Assembly: GCA_951406725.2 (NCBI GenBank)
Contig: OX597817.1
Span: 78,678,001 to 78,742,000, forward strand
Origin: Octopus vulgaris
Lineage: Eukaryota
Length of the DNA stretch: 64,000 nucleotides
Direction: 5' to 3'
The notes beneath the pieces are model-generated. The model searched no databases. It was not told the origin of the DNA and worked only from the letters and a program-made list of their open reading frames with translations. The position numbers and the translations under genes were made by a program. Positions 61,481-64,000 of the stretch are shown here, piece by piece. Position 1 is the first letter of the stretch. Every line of letters starts with the position of its first letter.

Positions 61481-62040
61481 CATGTATACATAGATATGTA
61501 AATACATACACACACACACATATATAATATATTTATATATACCAGTGTCTATGTGTCCACATATTACATGTATACCTATTTGTTGAGAATTTTGCTATAA
61601 GGTTTTACACTCAAACATGTGTAGGAAAAAGATGTGTGCTCCTGTGTGTATCCTTCTATATATGCATATGCATGTGTGTAAGTGTGATATGCAGGAGGAA
61701 GTATGTGTGTGTGTGTGTGTCAGTCTGTATGAGTGTGTGCAAGGAATTAAGCGATTAAGAATATAATATAGAAAAAAAAATTGAAATAAACGAATTGCCT
61801 ATGTACAAGTAAAAACACACACACGTATACATACACACACACATATATACATACATACATACACACATATATACATAATACAATGTACAGAGTTTAATGA
61901 TTTATCAAGCAAAAACATTTAAGAGTGATCAGTGCACTCTTGTAGATAGAAATGCATAAAATTATATACATACATATAAGCATACATATATGCAAGTATA
62001 TATACACATATATATGTGTGTGTGTATATATATATTTAAC

Positions 62041-62093
<53 letters not shown>

Positions 62094-62172
62094 TGTATGT
62101 ATAGGCATATATAGGTACATAATCATTATATACATATAAATGTGTATATATATATCTACATAAAATATAATA

Positions 62173-62223
<51 letters not shown>

Positions 62224-62590
62224 ATGAAAACAAATGTTTTTGTGTATAAGTATGCATATATGTGTGCATAGATATATGTATATTTTTATGTGTTTATCCC
62301 TGTATGCCTTGATATATGCACATGTAGGTATGTATGCAAAAAATTGGATCTACATCATAGTCTTAAAGAATGCACACCCATATATACTTATGCCAAAGAA
62401 AAATAAACTGATTGTTCATTATTTATTCGTTTATTTAGAATAATTTATTTATTTGGATCATACCATTTCTGTTGTTATCTGTACCTGAGTTTGTAAGAAT
62501 TTTTTTATTTCCAAATATCTTTTTAACACATACACATAAACATATATATATACATATATATATATGAGTGTGTGTGTATATATATATCTT

Positions 62591-62685
<95 letters not shown>

Positions 62686-62921
62686 ATATATATATGTATA
62701 CACACATACTCTGCTCTACTGCCCCTTAGGGGAATTAAATTGAGGAAATTAGTTTTAAACTTCTCATGAAAGGCTACTGGGCGAACATGACTGCTATAAA
62801 CAGGAGAATTAAGAAAAATTACAGCACAAGGAAACACACATATATAAATTTAAAATATTGATGTTAATCTTCATAGATATATGTACACACATATATATGT
62901 GTGTGTGAGTGACTATATATG

Positions 62922-62974
<53 letters not shown>

Positions 62975-63052
62975 GTATGTATATATATATTATATACTTA
63001 TATGCAAGAATACACATATTCTTTTATTCTATTATTCTTTTACTTGTTTCAG

Positions 63053-63109
<57 letters not shown>

Positions 63110-63110
63110 T

Positions 63111-63156
<46 letters not shown>

Positions 63157-63318
63157 TATGTATGAATATGTATATATATGTAAGTGTTGATAAGAACATC
63201 CAATGAAAGAGTGAGACAACCACACTATACTGCACATGTAAAACACTTATTTTGCATATTTGATGTTTATAGGCATGATGATGATGATATGCACACATAC
63301 ATATTTACATACATACAT

Positions 63319-63350
<32 letters not shown>

Positions 63351-63376
63351 CTTTCTATAAATACATACATATATAC

Positions 63377-63412
<36 letters not shown>

Positions 63413-64000
63413 GTATGAAGTGAGGTATATATGTATATACATACATGCACAGAACAAAGAATATTACGATATACCATAGTATGTTTTGATGGGGTATCAA
63501 ATGTGCATTTATCAATACAATTTGAATCAAATGTAGTCTATAAAAATCGCTATATATTTTGTATGTTTTATATGTCTATACACATATATATATGTGAGTA
63601 TGTACATTTGTGAATGTATGTGTAAATGTGGGTATATGGAGTGAATATATTTATTTATATCGTCATAGTTTTATATTGTATAATTTTATATATTTATATG
63701 TGCAGTTATTGGTAATGTGTGTTGTGGTGTTTGTGTGTGCATGTGTTGTACCACATACTAAATATACTTTATACATGATAGACCCCTGAGTGAAACTATT
63801 TGCCTGGGTGAAACTATTTAAGAGATATGTGTATGTGTGTGTAAAATGGTGACCAGGATCTGCCTGATATTTCTACTCTGCCAACCACGCCACCCAACAC
63901 CTTGAAACTTCAGTTTGTTCTCAAGCACCAGATCTGTCTCCCTCTCACTTATAGAATGAACAGAAGCTTGACTTCTTCCTACAAACTTACACTCCCTATG

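Noticed and set aside
7676-63613. Numerous YI-, CV-, HT-, poly-I-, poly-L- and poly-M-rich ORFs
   Set aside because: They are translations of di- and trinucleotide microsatellites with no coding signal.

Overview
Eukaryotic, AT-rich, microsatellite-dense DNA. It is probably an octopus or other coleoid cephalopod (inferred from the repeat landscape, not database-checked). I found no supportable host protein-coding exon; almost all listed ORFs are translations of (TA)n, (CA)n, (CAT)n or (TAA)n repeats. The one intact coding unit is a young, compact (4262 bp), GC-rich LTR retrotransposon on the minus strand (38335-42596). It has 275-bp LTRs with 2 mismatches, a 5-bp TSD, gag, and PR-RT-RNaseH-IN pol joined by a -1 frameshift (GGGAAAC plus predicted pseudoknot). 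Its most striking feature is the primer-binding site: there is no canonical TGG, and the 12 nt abutting the 5' LTR are exactly complementary to the FIRST 12 nt of metazoan tRNA-Phe(GAA), suggesting priming by a 5' tRNA fragment. A second theme is a dense set of unrelated foldback elements, most carrying minimal hammerhead-ribozyme motifs typical of Penelope-like element termini. The rest is tRNA-derived SINEs with shuffled modules, 3' fragments of RTE- and CR1-like LINEs, mariner relics and a MITE, a Helitron-like insert and tandem duplications.
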